64,000 nucleotides of DNA from a bacterium (GCA_040756235.1 JBFLZG010000004.1:1-64000); one strand, 5' to 3'; counted from the stretch's first letter, positions 45,695-56,329 are shown. Notes: generated from the letters alone by a model not told the origin. Program-made: numbers and translations.

Positions 45695-47572
45695 TCAAGG
45701 CTTCAAGGGAGGCTTGCGGTACAGGCTTTCGATTTCGCGGCGATAGCGCTTCTCGATGATGGCCCGGCGCATCCGGTAAGTGGGGGTGATCTCGTCCGCT
45801 TCCAGCGTGAATCGTTCCGGCAGCAAGGCAAACGTCCGAATCGCCTCGAGCTGACCCCGCTCCTCGTTGATCTTGCCCACGACCTCCCGGTAAAGCTCTT
45901 GCACCTTGGGGTGCTCGAGAAGCTCTTGATGGTTGAGCCACAGGATGCGCATCCTGCCTGCAAACGCCTCCAGATGATCAAAAGAGGGAACGATCAGCGC
46001 TCCCAGGTGCTTCCTTCCGTCCCCGACCACGATGGCTTGCTGGACGTAAGGGTTGAGGCGCAGGGTCCTCTCGAGCGGTTGGGGGACTATGTTCTTGCCG
46101 GCAGCCGTGATGAGGATGTCCTTCTTTCTCCCCGTGAGGACGAGGAATCCGTCCGGATCCAGGCGGCCGAGATCTCCGGTCGGAAACCAGCCGTCCTGTT
46201 CGGTGGCCGGGAGGGGAGCCAGACGAGGCCGGTAGTAGCCCGGCGAAACGCTGTCGCCACGGATCAGGATCTCCCCGTCCGGCCGGGTCCTCACCTGGCA
46301 GCCCGGCAGAGGGACCCCCACGGTGCCTGGCCGGTGGCCTGCGGGGCCGTTGCCCGTGACCGGCCCCGTGAGCTCCGTCATGCCGTACATGTTGTAGAGC
46401 GGTACCTGTACGGCTTCGAAGAAGGCCTCCAGGTCCCTCGGCAAGGGCGCCCCCGCGCAGAAGCAGTTTCGGATCCGGCCTCCCATGCGATCCTTGATCG
46501 GTTGCGTTCCGACCCGCTTGACCCATCGGAGGAACGGCTCCATGAGTGGGGGAAGAGCTCTTGTCTTCTCCTCCGGAGAGGGAGCGCTCGCCATCCACCA
46601 GAAGATCCATTTCGACAGGGTCTTTCTGGGTGAAGGGCCCTTCAGCATGTCCGTGAGGATGAGATCCCTTATCTTCTCGTAGGTGCGCGGCACGCCGACG
46701 AGCAGGTGGGGCTTGGTGTCCAGCAGCATCCGGGGGACGTCGTCCATGTTTGGACAGTAGGAAACGGTGCCGCCCTCCAGGAGCACCTTGATGTCCGCCA
46801 CTCTCTGCAGGATCTGGGCGAGCGGAAGGAACGAGAGCAGCACGTCTCCTTCCTGAACGCGGAACAGCCCCTCGAGCGCATCGAGCTCCGCCAGGAAGTT
46901 CCTGTGGGTGAGCAGGACGCCTTTGGGCAGAGAACCGCTCGTGCCGCTGGTGTATACGATCGTGGCAGGATCGATGGATGCGATCCTGCCGGCCAGGCTC
47001 TCCAGCGGCACCTGCTTCTTCCCGCCCAAGGCCATCACGTCCCGAAGGCTCAGGTCCGGCTCCCGGAACCCGGCGGGGAGGGGCCCCTCGAAGAACACGA
47101 TCCGTCTCAGGCCGGGGACCTGCGATCGGATGTGGGGCAGCTCTTTCAGGCGGGGCCCTTCCGAGGCGAAAAGCAAGGTCGTTCTCGAGTGTTTGAGCTC
47201 ATGGGCCAGCAACCTGGGGGAGAGCGTCGCGTGAAGAGGAACCGTGAGGGCCCCCGCGGCCATGGCGGCGAAGTCGGCCAGGGCCCATTCGTACCGATTT
47301 TCGCTGAGCAGAGCGACACGGTCTCCCTTTTTCACGCCCAGCCGCTGCAGGCCGGAAGCCAGCCGCTCGACGTCTTGCAGAAATCGCCCGCACAAGATCG
47401 GCTGTTCTTTCTGCAGGGAGGTCTGCAATACTGCGATCCGGTCCGGACTTCTCTTTGCTGAATCGAGGAGGCGCGTCAGAAGGTTCGGCTGAGTAGTGCC
47501 TTGTGCTGCTTGCTGGGGAGGGCTCCTGTGCGCGGGAAAAGCCGGTTCACCCTTCGGGTCCTTCGGTCTCAT
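45695..47572 (-). CDS. Long-chain fatty acid-CoA ligase (AMP-dependent synthetase)
   Basis: YTSGTSGSLPKG, YGMTE, TGDLG, GRKKDILITAAGKNI. Confidence 0.9.
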   Translation of the reverse strand: MRPKDPKGEPAFPAHRSPPQQAAQGTTQPNLLTRLLDSAKRSPDRIAVLQTSLQKEQPILCGRFLQDVERLASGLQRLGVKKGDRVALLSENRYEWALADFAAMAAGALTVPLHATLSPRLLAHELKHSRTTLLFASEGPRLKELPHIRSQVPGLRRIVFFEGPLPAGFREPDLSLRDVMALGGKKQVPLESLAGRIASIDPATIVYTSGTSGSLPKGVLLTHRNFLAELDALEGLFRVQEGDVLLSFLPLAQILQRVADIKVLLEGGTVSYCPNMDDVPRMLLDTKPHLLVGVPRTYEKIRDLILTDMLKGPSPRKTLSKWIFWWMASAPSPEEKTRALPPLMEPFLRWVKRVGTQPIKDRMGGRIRNCFCAGAPLPRDLEAFFEAVQVPLYNMYGMTELTGPVTGNGPAGHRPGTVGVPLPGCQVRTRPDGEILIRGDSVSPGYYRPRLAPLPATEQDGWFPTGDLGRLDPDGFLVLTGRKKDILITAAGKNIVPQPLERTLRLNPYVQQAIVVGDGRKHLGALIVPSFDHLEAFAGRMRILWLNHQELLEHPKVQELYREVVGKINEERGQLEAIRTFALLPERFTLEADEITPTYRMRRAIIEKRYRREIESLYRKPPLKP

Positions 47573-47709
47573 GTTCATTTCTGAACGCAAGGGGATGCAG
47601 AGGGAGCTCGCTTCGCGAGACACTGAAATTATAGGATCCCTCTCGCCCGGCAGTCAATTATTTCCGTATCAGCGAGTCCGTCGCGGCACCCTCGAACGGC
47701 CGGCGCGTG

Positions 47710-49398
47710 TCAGAAGCCGGTCTCGGTCGAGAACGTCACGATCCCGTCTCTCAACCCGCCGCCGCGGCCTACCGGCACCCCCCAGGTGAGGTGGGCCACG
47801 CTGGTGCCGGAGAGCTGCGGCAGGGCGATGCGAAGCCCCACTCCGGCGTCGTTTCGAATCTGATCCAGGTCGATCGACTGCCCCACGTCCCACACGTAAC
47901 CGCTGTCCCAGAAAAGGAGCAGCCCGAGGGCCACGAGCCCGAGGAGCCTGCGGGAGGCGAAGATACGATCCTCCAGGCTCACCCGCAGGAGCTTGTTCCC
48001 CGTGAACGCATCTGCGTCGTAGCCTCTCAGGCCGGTGTCCCAGCCGAGAGCCAGCAGTCGGTCCGGGTCGAGGTTCACGCCGTATCCGAACTCCCCCTCG
48101 AGATGGAAGGTGTGCAGAAGCGGCCCGGCGTCGAGCGGCGTGTCCCGGAGGTAGTGATCGTAATGAAAGAACCCCTCGGTGTTTCTCCAGGTGTCCCCGG
48201 CCAGTCGCCCGAACGCAACGGCCCTGGCCAGGGCGAAGTGCCCCGGCCGGAAGGCGTATCCCTGGGAGTCCGATGCGGAGAAGATCCACTCGTCCCTGGC
48301 GGCCCCCAGCGCATCGGCCGAGAAGCCTGCGGCCAGGCTCAAGTCGTTTCCGAGGTTGAAGTCCTCGTGGCGCTCGAACTGGGCGATCCGCCTTTCCACG
48401 ATGTAATTCACGCCGAGCCGCCGCCAGGCGATCCCGGGATAGCTCAGCGTATCGTCCTGCGGCCGCTCCGGGGGCGGGTCCTCACCTGACAGGGGCCGGA
48501 AATCCCGGATCCGGCGTTGTACGTAGTTGTAAGTGGCCTCGAGCCGGTGCACCACCGGAGGGCCGGGCCGCAGGGCTGCCCCGAAATGGAGCATGCCGGC
48601 GTTGTCCTCGCGATCGTAGTCGGCCACGATGCGGCCGTTCTGGATGAGCCGGCGCCTGAATCTTGCGTGGTTCATGCTCGCGCCTGCTGCCCACGGGGTC
48701 TCGAGCGAATAGAAGGGGCGTTCCAGCGAGGCACGCGTCGACTCTCCCGTCTCGAGGTCCTGCACCGTCCAGGCCATCTGAACACGACTGCCGAGCACGT
48801 TCGGGTCGAGGTATCTCACCCTCCAGGAGTCCTCGACAAACAGGTTCCTCGACTGCGCCCCTTTCCGGTACGACGCCGACAGGACCTTGCCCAGGCCCAG
48901 CAGGTTCTGCTCGGTCAGGCCTGCGGTCACGATGCGGCTGCCTTCGACCTCCTGGATGTCGAAGACCGGAATCAGAGACCAGACCTCTCGGAGCGAGATC
49001 GAGACCCGGACTCCCCGGTCGTCGATCCGGTCGCAATCGATGCGCTCGTCCCTGAAGTAATCCAGAGCTCGGAGGTTTCTGCGGCTCTCCTGGATGAGGT
49101 CGGGGTCCAGTCTGTCCCCTTCACGCAAGAGAAGCTCGTCTCGAATGACCTGCTCGGCCGTCCTGAGGTGCAGTCGGTTGACTGTCTGCCAGGGGAACCA
49201 GCCCGGCAGACCCTCAGACGGATCGAACACGTCGCGCTGCGTGATCCGGATTTCCCGGATCACCATGCCGGGCGTCTCACGGAAGAGCCGCTGACAGGAG
49301 TCGCAGGTCCCCACCTCCGCGGCCCGCACCTTCGACGGAACGATGAGCACGAGCAGGCAGAGGAACGCGGCCGCCAGACGACTGATTCGAGGGATCAC
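47710..49398 (-). CDS. Omp85/BamA-TamA-like outer membrane protein (POTRA + beta-barrel)
   Basis: Signal peptide, RTAEQVIRDELLL POTRA, EQNLLGLG, LRGY, C-terminal Phe. Start uncertain (ORF open to 49509). Confidence 0.85.
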   Translation of the reverse strand: MIPRISRLAAAFLCLLVLIVPSKVRAAEVGTCDSCQRLFRETPGMVIREIRITQRDVFDPSEGLPGWFPWQTVNRLHLRTAEQVIRDELLLREGDRLDPDLIQESRRNLRALDYFRDERIDCDRIDDRGVRVSISLREVWSLIPVFDIQEVEGSRIVTAGLTEQNLLGLGKVLSASYRKGAQSRNLFVEDSWRVRYLDPNVLGSRVQMAWTVQDLETGESTRASLERPFYSLETPWAAGASMNHARFRRRLIQNGRIVADYDREDNAGMLHFGAALRPGPPVVHRLEATYNYVQRRIRDFRPLSGEDPPPERPQDDTLSYPGIAWRRLGVNYIVERRIAQFERHEDFNLGNDLSLAAGFSADALGAARDEWIFSASDSQGYAFRPGHFALARAVAFGRLAGDTWRNTEGFFHYDHYLRDTPLDAGPLLHTFHLEGEFGYGVNLDPDRLLALGWDTGLRGYDADAFTGNKLLRVSLEDRIFASRRLLGLVALGLLLFWDSGYVWDVGQSIDLDQIRNDAGVGLRIALPQLSGTSVAHLTWGVPVGRGGGLRDGIVTFSTETGF

Positions 49399-49477
49399 GA
49401 TACGGCGAGGGGGGGGCCGAAAAAGAATTACGGGCTCTGTGGTGTGCCGCCGTAGCGGTACCTGTTCTTCTTCCGGC

Positions 49478-49508
49478 TGACAACTGGCAGCTGACAACTG
49501 GCAACTCA
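49478..49508. repeat. Heptamer tandem repeat
   Basis: ACAACTG-GCAGCTG-ACAACTG-GCAACTC. A related run ACAACTG-GCAACTG-ACCGCTG-GAAACT lies at ~226-252. Confidence 0.55.
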
Positions 49509-49554
49509 CATTAGACGAGTGCGACGCAGCGGACGGGCATTTATGGACAGCCTT

Positions 49555-50733
49555 CTAGTCAGCTTGCAGCATGTGCACCTTGAGATACGCGGTCTGCGGC
49601 ATGGCCGGGATCCACGGGTGGTCGGGGCCCTGGCCGCGGCTCGCAAGAATGCGGATCCTGCGGCCCGCCTGCCGGGCGCCCAGCAAGACCGACCCCAGGA
49701 AGTCTTCGGGGCCGACGTAAGATGAGCAGCAGCAGGTCACCAGGAGTCCGCCCGGACTCAGGCACCGGATGGCCCACTTGTGCAGGTTGAGGTGCCCCTT
49801 CAGCGCCTCCCGGGCCCGCTGCCTGGACCTGGCAAGGGCAGGGGGGTCCAATACGATAAGATCGAAGGCGTCTCCCGGGTTCGCGAGCCGCTTCAGGGAT
49901 TCCAGGACATCGCCTTTTTCGAAGCGGACGTGAGAGAGACCGTTCAGCCTGGCGTTGTCTCGAGCAATTTCCAAAGCGCTGGCGGAATCGTCGATCCCGA
50001 GCACGTCGCCGGCGCCCCAGCGGGCAGCGTGAATGCCCCAGGCGCCCGTGTAGCAGAAGGCATCGAGGACCCTGGCCTCCCGGCTGGCGGCGCGGATCAG
50101 CTCGTAGTTGAGGCGCTGATCGAAGTAGAAGCCGGTCTTCTGGCCTTTGAAGAGGTCGGAGAGGAACGCCACGTCCTGGAGCTGAAAACCGACCCGGGCA
50201 GGCACCTCCCCAAACGCAACGGCGACATGCTCCTCGAGCCCCTCCAGGGTCCTGCCGGGGGCGTCGTGGCGCAGAACGACGCCGGCGGGCCGGAAAGCTT
50301 CCGTGAGAGCTTCCAGGACCCACTCCTTCCTCTGGTCCATGGCGGCCGTCAGGCACTGGACGCTCAGGCAGTCGCCATAGCGGTCGACGATGAGCCCCGG
50401 CAGGAAATCGCCCTCGGCGTTCACGATCCGGCAGGCCTTCGCTGCGGTCTCGCCCAGCAGGCGCTCTCGAGCCGCCAGGGCTCCCAGGATCCCTCTGTGC
50501 AACCACTCTTGATCCAGGCGGACTTCCTCGTAAAAGGCATGGAGCCGGACCGCGATCAGGGTCCTGGGATTGAAGGTGCCGGAGCCCAGCAGGCGCCCCC
50601 TGTGGTCCAGCACCCGGACCTCGCAACCTGCAGGGATCGGGCGCTGAGGAGGGCGGAGCTCATTGGAAAAGATCCACAGGCTGCCCTGGCGGGCACGCCG
50701 ATCCATGCCGGGAAGCAGGGTGATGGTTTCCAT
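49555..50733 (-). CDS. rlmI: RlmI-like 23S rRNA m5C methyltransferase
   Basis: PUA-like N-terminus, EGDFLPGLIVDRY, GQKTGFYFDQR, VLDAFCYTG, LDPP, YLK. Confidence 0.88.
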   Translation of the reverse strand: METITLLPGMDRRARQGSLWIFSNELRPPQRPIPAGCEVRVLDHRGRLLGSGTFNPRTLIAVRLHAFYEEVRLDQEWLHRGILGALAARERLLGETAAKACRIVNAEGDFLPGLIVDRYGDCLSVQCLTAAMDQRKEWVLEALTEAFRPAGVVLRHDAPGRTLEGLEEHVAVAFGEVPARVGFQLQDVAFLSDLFKGQKTGFYFDQRLNYELIRAASREARVLDAFCYTGAWGIHAARWGAGDVLGIDDSASALEIARDNARLNGLSHVRFEKGDVLESLKRLANPGDAFDLIVLDPPALARSRQRAREALKGHLNLHKWAIRCLSPGGLLVTCCCSSYVGPEDFLGSVLLGARQAGRRIRILASRGQGPDHPWIPAMPQTAYLKVHMLQAD

Positions 50734-50774
50734 CGCCCTCGTTTCGTTCTCGAGGTGTTTCGAGGCAAGGGGGG

Positions 50775-51815
50775 TCAGCCCCGGTCAAGCTCGGCGCGGA
50801 TGAGCTCGATGGCCTCTTCCTGCCTTTCATTTTCCTCCAGCATGGCAACGAACTTCGTCAGGATGAGCTCCCGCTCGTAGAGGTCGTCCATGGCGAGGTC
50901 GAGGGCCCTGCGAAAGAGCCGCTCCGCAGGACCGATCTCCTCCATCTTCCAGAAAACCTCGGCAGCCTTGGCCACCATGCGGGGATCGTCCGGGGAGCGT
51001 GAGGAGGCCTCCTGGATGATCTCCAGCGCCGATTTCCGCTTCCCCATCTGAGTGAGAAGCAAGGCTTTCTCGCACTGGAAGTACAGGGGCTCGCAGCGCT
51101 GAGCAAAGAAATCACACAGCTGGACGGCTTCTTCCGTGTACCCTCTCTTGAAGAAATCCTGAGGAAGGGAGAGAAGCCAGTCCGCCAGCAGCATTCCCGT
51201 GGCTTCCTCCAGCAGGGGCCATCGGTCTTCACCCTTTTCCTGCATGACCTTGTAGATGGACTCCACGAGGGTCTTGGCTTCCTGGACTTCCTTGGGGGTG
51301 CGAGGCTTGGACACAGAGGGATCATACGAGAAAAGAACCGGTTTGAGACCCTGCACCAGTGACTTCAACGAAGGCGGCAAGGCGTCCTCGAGCGGCGGTG
51401 CAGGAAGCGGCAACTCCCCTTCCGCTTCCAGGAGCAAAGGATAGGACCTTCCGGGCTCCGCCCTTCTCTCTTCCATCCATTCAACCTCGAACCAGTTCTC
51501 CTTCTCGAAATTGAGCAAGTACAGAAAGGGCCGGCTCCTGTTGATGGCCAGCTTCCCCAGAAGCGCCTTCTTCGCCTTTCGCGGCGAGCCCGCCTGAGGC
51601 CCGCCGTACTCCGATTCGGGGTCCCAATGCCTGCCGCTCAAGTAGAAAGCGTAGAGATTCTTGCCCCTGAGAGAAAAGGCGTGCTGAATGGCGAGGTGGA
51701 GGTGGTGAAGGCTCTGCTTCTCCGAGATCTCCAGGGTCCTCGCCACTCGCGGCATGCCCTCCGGTGTGACGCGAAAGACAAAGGTGCGCTCGGGCTCCTT
51801 CTGTGGTTTCTTCAT
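50775..51815 (-). CDS. pRiA4b ORF-3-like domain plus TPR protein
   Basis: RTLEISEKQSLHHLHLAIQHAF...LYAF; C-terminal TPR-like helices. Confidence 0.75.
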   Translation of the reverse strand: MKKPQKEPERTFVFRVTPEGMPRVARTLEISEKQSLHHLHLAIQHAFSLRGKNLYAFYLSGRHWDPESEYGGPQAGSPRKAKKALLGKLAINRSRPFLYLLNFEKENWFEVEWMEERRAEPGRSYPLLLEAEGELPLPAPPLEDALPPSLKSLVQGLKPVLFSYDPSVSKPRTPKEVQEAKTLVESIYKVMQEKGEDRWPLLEEATGMLLADWLLSLPQDFFKRGYTEEAVQLCDFFAQRCEPLYFQCEKALLLTQMGKRKSALEIIQEASSRSPDDPRMVAKAAEVFWKMEEIGPAERLFRRALDLAMDDLYERELILTKFVAMLEENERQEEAIELIRAELDRG

Positions 51816-51871
51816 ATCACATAGCCTTTTCTGGCAGCCTGTTCAAAACCGCCCCACCTGCGCCAGGCCTG

Positions 51872-52807
51872 CTAGGGGCCGACGCCCTTTAGATATTTGA
51901 AAAGATCGCTTTCGGTTCCGAGGATCAGCTCGATTTCCTTGTCCGGAAGGTTCTTGTAGAGGTCGAGCGTCTTCACGAAGGAATAGAACTGCGGGTCCAT
52001 GCCATAGGACTCGGCATAGATGCGGGTGGCTTCCGCGTCGGCCCTGCCCTGGATCTCCTCGCTTGCCCGGTACGCCTCGGAGCCGATGGTCTTGAGCTCG
52101 CGGTGCATCCGGCCCTCGATCTTCTGGCTTTCCCCTTTCCCCTCGGAGCGGTACTTCTCAGCGATCTGATGGCGCTCGGCAATCATGCGCTCGAACACCT
52201 TCTTCTGCACGTCCTGGATGTACATGATCCGCTTCATGCGCACGTCCACGAGATCGATGCCGACCGAAGCCAGCTTGGGTCGGGCCTGCTCCATGATCAG
52301 GCGCATGAGCTTTCCTCTGCCCAAGGAGGCACTCGCCGTGTAGGGGACGCTCCCTTCGCGCAACTCCGTGGAGACGATCTCCATGGTGCGGTTCGAGTCC
52401 CTCACCGATTCGATGAGGGCGTTGGACTGGATGAGATTGCGGACGGCCGCGTTGATGATGCTGTCCAACTGTGCCTGAGCGCGCGTCTCATCCGTCACGT
52501 TTTGGAGAAACTTCAGCGGGTCCGCGATCCGCCACCTGGCGAAGATATCCACCCAGATGAACGTCTTGTCCAGGGTGGGGATCTGGCTCGGGTCTCCGTC
52601 CCACTCGAGGATGTTCTTCTTGAAATAGTTCGCCTTCTGGACCAACGGCAGCTTGACGTGCAGGCCCGATGCCGTGACGGGGGCTCCGACCGGGTTGCCG
52701 AACTGCGTGATGACGACCTGCTCGGTCTCGTCGACAGTGTAGAAAGCGTTGGTCGCGATGACCAGGATGACGAGGGCCAGTATGCCGAAGGGAAGCGTGA
52801 GCTTCAT
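51872..52807 (-). CDS. hflC: FtsH modulator HflC
   Basis: VDETEQVVITQFG, RMIAER, YRSEG, DPQFYSF. SPFH domain. Confidence 0.95.
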   Translation of the reverse strand: MKLTLPFGILALVILVIATNAFYTVDETEQVVITQFGNPVGAPVTASGLHVKLPLVQKANYFKKNILEWDGDPSQIPTLDKTFIWVDIFARWRIADPLKFLQNVTDETRAQAQLDSIINAAVRNLIQSNALIESVRDSNRTMEIVSTELREGSVPYTASASLGRGKLMRLIMEQARPKLASVGIDLVDVRMKRIMYIQDVQKKVFERMIAERHQIAEKYRSEGKGESQKIEGRMHRELKTIGSEAYRASEEIQGRADAEATRIYAESYGMDPQFYSFVKTLDLYKNLPDKEIELILGTESDLFKYLKGVGP

Positions 52808-53862
52808 CGGGCGTCTCCTTTCGTCCCGGCGTCTCCGGCAGGTCCGAGATTCAGCAAGGGCAGGAGGGATCTCTGCTCGGCATCGATCACGTACTTCTTG
52901 CCGAGGCGCGGCAGCATGGACTGCATGGCCTCCAGATAGAGCCTGCGCTGGGTCACCTCCTTGGACTTGACATATTCCTGGTAGAGAGCCAGGAACCGCG
53001 CGGCGTCCCCCTGTGCGCTGTTCACGCGGTCCACGGCGTACCCTTCGGCTTCCTGGATCCTCTTTTCCGCTTTGCCGCGCGCCTCGGGAATGACCTTGTT
53101 GTAGGCGCCCTGCGCCTCGTAGATGAGCTTTTCTTTCTCCTGGACGGCGGCATTCACCTCGTTGAAGGAAGGCTGGACCGGCTCCGGCACGTTCGTCCTG
53201 CCCAGCTCGATGGTGGTAATGGTGAGACCGCTTTCCGTCTGGTCCAGGGCCGCCTGGAGCTCGGTCTGGGCCAGGGCGGCGATTTCCTCGCGTTTATTGA
53301 GGACTTCGTCCAGACTGTGGTCGCCCACGACCGTTCGCATGGTCGCCTCGGACAGGTTGCGGAGCGTCTCCCGGATGTTTCGCACGCGAAACAGAAAACG
53401 GATCGGGTCTCCGATCCGGAAGCGAACCATCCAGGGGACGAGCGCGCAGTTGAGGTCTCCGGTCAGCATGAGGGACTCGTTCTCGTACTGCCTCTCGGGC
53501 GCGTACTCGGAGCGGATGCCGGACCGCAGCGTTCTCATGCCGAACTCTTCCGTATAGACCCTCTGGACACCTACTTTGGTCACCTTTTCGATGCCGGATG
53601 GGAGCTTCCATCTCAGCCCGGGGCCCGAGGTCCGGTTGTACCGGCCGAACCGCTGCACCACGCCGACTTCGAAAGGATCCACCTGGTAGATCCCCGTGGC
53701 GAGCCACAGGGCCAGGGCCAGCAGCAGGAGCGCCCAGACAACCGGGAATCGTCCGGCTCCGAAGATCCTCCGGAAGCGCTCTTGCGCTTTCTGCAGGAGC
53801 TCGTCGATGTCAGGCGGACGGTTATCCCTGCCCCACGGCCCCTTGCGAAATTCGGAGCTCAT
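52804..53862 (-). CDS. hflK: FtsH modulator HflK
   Basis: PPDIDELL, GVVQRFG, MLTGD, IPEARG, VTQRRLYLE. Confidence 0.95.
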   Translation of the reverse strand: MSSEFRKGPWGRDNRPPDIDELLQKAQERFRRIFGAGRFPVVWALLLLALALWLATGIYQVDPFEVGVVQRFGRYNRTSGPGLRWKLPSGIEKVTKVGVQRVYTEEFGMRTLRSGIRSEYAPERQYENESLMLTGDLNCALVPWMVRFRIGDPIRFLFRVRNIRETLRNLSEATMRTVVGDHSLDEVLNKREEIAALAQTELQAALDQTESGLTITTIELGRTNVPEPVQPSFNEVNAAVQEKEKLIYEAQGAYNKVIPEARGKAEKRIQEAEGYAVDRVNSAQGDAARFLALYQEYVKSKEVTQRRLYLEAMQSMLPRLGKKYVIDAEQRSLLPLLNLGPAGDAGTKGDAR

Positions 53863-53994
53863 CTCTTCTCCTTGCTTGGACGGTCAAGCGACAGGGGGGA
53901 GCTGCAGGAGCACAGGCTTCTCCACCTGTTCCATTCGACACCTGCCTGTTTCGATTCTGCTCGCGCTTGGTTCGAGAGCAGCAACCTAACACGG

Positions 53995-55329
53995 CTACCG
54001 ATCGGTTTCAATGGCGGACGCGCCGGCCTGCGATGGACCTCGTGCTGCTGAAATCCGGGGCACTTTGAGGAAGAGGAATCCGTAGAGCGCCGCCGTCAAG
54101 AGGATCGCGGAGCAGGAATAGAACACGAAGTCGATCCCCATGGACTTGTAGATCGCGCCGGAGACGATGGGGCCGGCGGCAAATCCGGCGCCCGTGGCCA
54201 CTTGAAGGAAGGAGAGGATCTTGCCCATGCCCAGATGTCTGCCCAAGGTGACCGCCACGGCCTGGCTCGACGGAAACACCAGGGCCATGCCGAGCCCCAT
54301 GAGGATGTTCAGGAACAGGAGACCTCGGAATCCGGAAACGGACGGCATGACGGCAAACATCAAGCTCGACAGGAAGGTGCCTCCCAGCAGGATCGCCTTG
54401 CGGTCGAAGCGGTCCGCGAGCAGACCCGAGGGGAGTTGCAGGACGGCAGCGAGCAGCAGGTTCGTCGTCAGCACGGCTCCGAGAAGGGTCGCCGAGATGC
54501 CGAGCTTTTCCTGTGCCAGCAAAGGCAGGAAGCACATGATGGAGCTGCGCCCGAGGGCGCTGACGAGAGTGAAGACGAGCAGCGGCGCCACCTCGGGGGA
54601 CCTGAGAGGCCCGAACGGATCCATCCTCCCGGGTTCTGGAACAGCCCTGGAGACATGGAGATTCGGCAGGAACAGGGCCGTCAGCAGGAAGGAGAGCAGG
54701 GCGAACAGCCCCAGGGTGAGAAAGCATCCGGGCATTCCGAACCGGTCGTAGAGAAATCCTCCGAGGGCCGGGCCCATGGCAAAGCCGGCGAAGAAACTGA
54801 CGAGGAACAGGGCGCCGTAGAAGCCCTCACGGTCCCGTGGCGCGAGGTCGCCCACGTAGGCGTTGGCGGCCGGGATGACCAGCGCTGCGGCAACGCCGTG
54901 GAGCGCCCGCACGACGATCAAGCCATGCAGGCTATGTGCCTTGATGTAAGCCACGGATACCATACAATAGACGATCAGCCCGAAAAGCATGAAGACCTTG
55001 CGCCCGGAGCGGTCGGAAAGCATGCCCGTGAAAGGGGTGCACACCGTCCTGGAGGCGGAAAAGACCGCGAAGATGGCCCCCAGGAGAATGCCGTCGGCTC
55101 CCAGGGACCTCGCGTACATGGGCAGCAGCGGAGCAATGATGCCGACCCCGAGCATGACGGTGAAGACGGAGATCAGCACGGCTGCGAGCAGCCGCCTGGG
55201 ATGGTCTGCGGCACGGAGGGAGACACCGGACCCGGAGTCGGGGGCTTCCTTCGCCCCCCGGCGCAAAGCCTGAGAGCCGGCGGCGGACAGCGGTCCGCTC
55301 TTTTCTCCTGAAGGTGACGACATGGACAT
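53995..55329 (-). CDS. MFS transporter (drug:H+ antiporter-like)
   Basis: 12 TM helices; motif A GMLSDRSGRK and GLLADRFDRK. Confidence 0.92.
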   Translation of the reverse strand: MSMSSPSGEKSGPLSAAGSQALRRGAKEAPDSGSGVSLRAADHPRRLLAAVLISVFTVMLGVGIIAPLLPMYARSLGADGILLGAIFAVFSASRTVCTPFTGMLSDRSGRKVFMLFGLIVYCMVSVAYIKAHSLHGLIVVRALHGVAAALVIPAANAYVGDLAPRDREGFYGALFLVSFFAGFAMGPALGGFLYDRFGMPGCFLTLGLFALLSFLLTALFLPNLHVSRAVPEPGRMDPFGPLRSPEVAPLLVFTLVSALGRSSIMCFLPLLAQEKLGISATLLGAVLTTNLLLAAVLQLPSGLLADRFDRKAILLGGTFLSSLMFAVMPSVSGFRGLLFLNILMGLGMALVFPSSQAVAVTLGRHLGMGKILSFLQVATGAGFAAGPIVSGAIYKSMGIDFVFYSCSAILLTAALYGFLFLKVPRISAARGPSQAGASAIETDR

Positions 55330-55433
55330 CCTGATCGTGAAAGAGCGCGCCTGCTTCCGCATCGCTGTAAGGAAACGCCCGGGCGAAAAGTCACTATAGC
55401 CCACGGTCCCTTTGAAAAACAGTGCCGGGGAGA

Positions 55434-55551
55434 AGGTGTCGGGTCTCAGGTGTCAGGTGCCAGGCCCCGCCGCCCACCCCGGCCGGACGATCCTTGTCCT
55501 TAGGCGGACCCGGGTTGGGCCCTGAAACCTGATCGCCGAAACCCGACACCT
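55434..55551. repeat. Inverted heptamer-array element
   Basis: AGGTGTC-GGGTCTC-AGGTGTC-AGGTGCC with a complementary array at 55521-55551. Perfect 11-bp outer arms. Confidence 0.65.
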
Positions 55552-55564
55552 ACGAGGCCCCGAC

Positions 55565-56329
55565 ATGGGATCCTTTGCCGACCAGGTGGTGTGGATCACC
55601 GGGGCCTCGAGCGGCATCGGCCGCGCCCTGGCTCTGGAGTTGGGCCGTCGCAGGGCGAAGCTGGCGCTTTTCGCCCGCAGGCAGGCGGCCCTCGAGGAGG
55701 TCGCCTGTCAGGCCGGTGCGGCGGGAGCCCTTGACGTGATGGTTCTGGCCGGCGACGTAAAGGACGGCGAGGCCCTGGACGGATCGGTCCGGAGTGTGGT
55801 GGCAAGATGGGGGAGAGTGGACGTCGGGATCCTGTCGGCGGGGGTCGGGAAGCCGGCCAACCTCCACCGATATGATGTCGAGCAGATGCGGCACACCATC
55901 GAGACCAATCTTCTGGGCGTCGTCCATGCAGCAGGCGCCCTACTGCCGGTCTTCCGCGGCCAGGGCAGGGGCACCCTCGTCGGGGTCTCCAGCCTCGCGG
56001 ACCGCAGGGGCTCGCCGGCCAATCTCGCCTACTGTTCCAGCAAGGCGGCGGTCTCGACCTTTCTCGAAGGCCTTCGGGCAGCTTGGGCAAGAGAGGGCAT
56101 CCGGGTCGTGACCGTGAAGCCCGGCTTCGTCCGAACGCCCTTGACCGAGCTGAACCGCTTCCCCATGCCGTTCCTGGTCGCACCGGAGGATGCCGCCCGG
56201 AGGATCGTCCGGGGGATCGAGCGCGGCAAGGACGTGATCCGTTTCCCCTTGCCCATGGTCTGGCTGACGGCGGTCTACAACCGGCTGCCCAACCGGCTGT
56301 TCGATCGGTTGTCCGGGAGAGTCAGGTAG
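55565..56329 (+). CDS. Short-chain dehydrogenase/reductase
   Basis: TGASSGIG, YCSSK, PGFVRT. Confidence 0.93.
   Translation: MGSFADQVVWITGASSGIGRALALELGRRRAKLALFARRQAALEEVACQAGAAGALDVMVLAGDVKDGEALDGSVRSVVARWGRVDVGILSAGVGKPANLHRYDVEQMRHTIETNLLGVVHAAGALLPVFRGQGRGTLVGVSSLADRRGSPANLAYCSSKAAVSTFLEGLRAAWAREGIRVVTVKPGFVRTPLTELNRFPMPFLVAPEDAARRIVRGIERGKDVIRFPLPMVWLTAVYNRLPNRLFDRLSGRVR

Noticed and set aside
50775..51815. pRiA4b ORF-3-like gene as evidence of a plasmid or IS
   Set aside because: It sits among housekeeping genes with no transposase, replication gene or flanking repeats.
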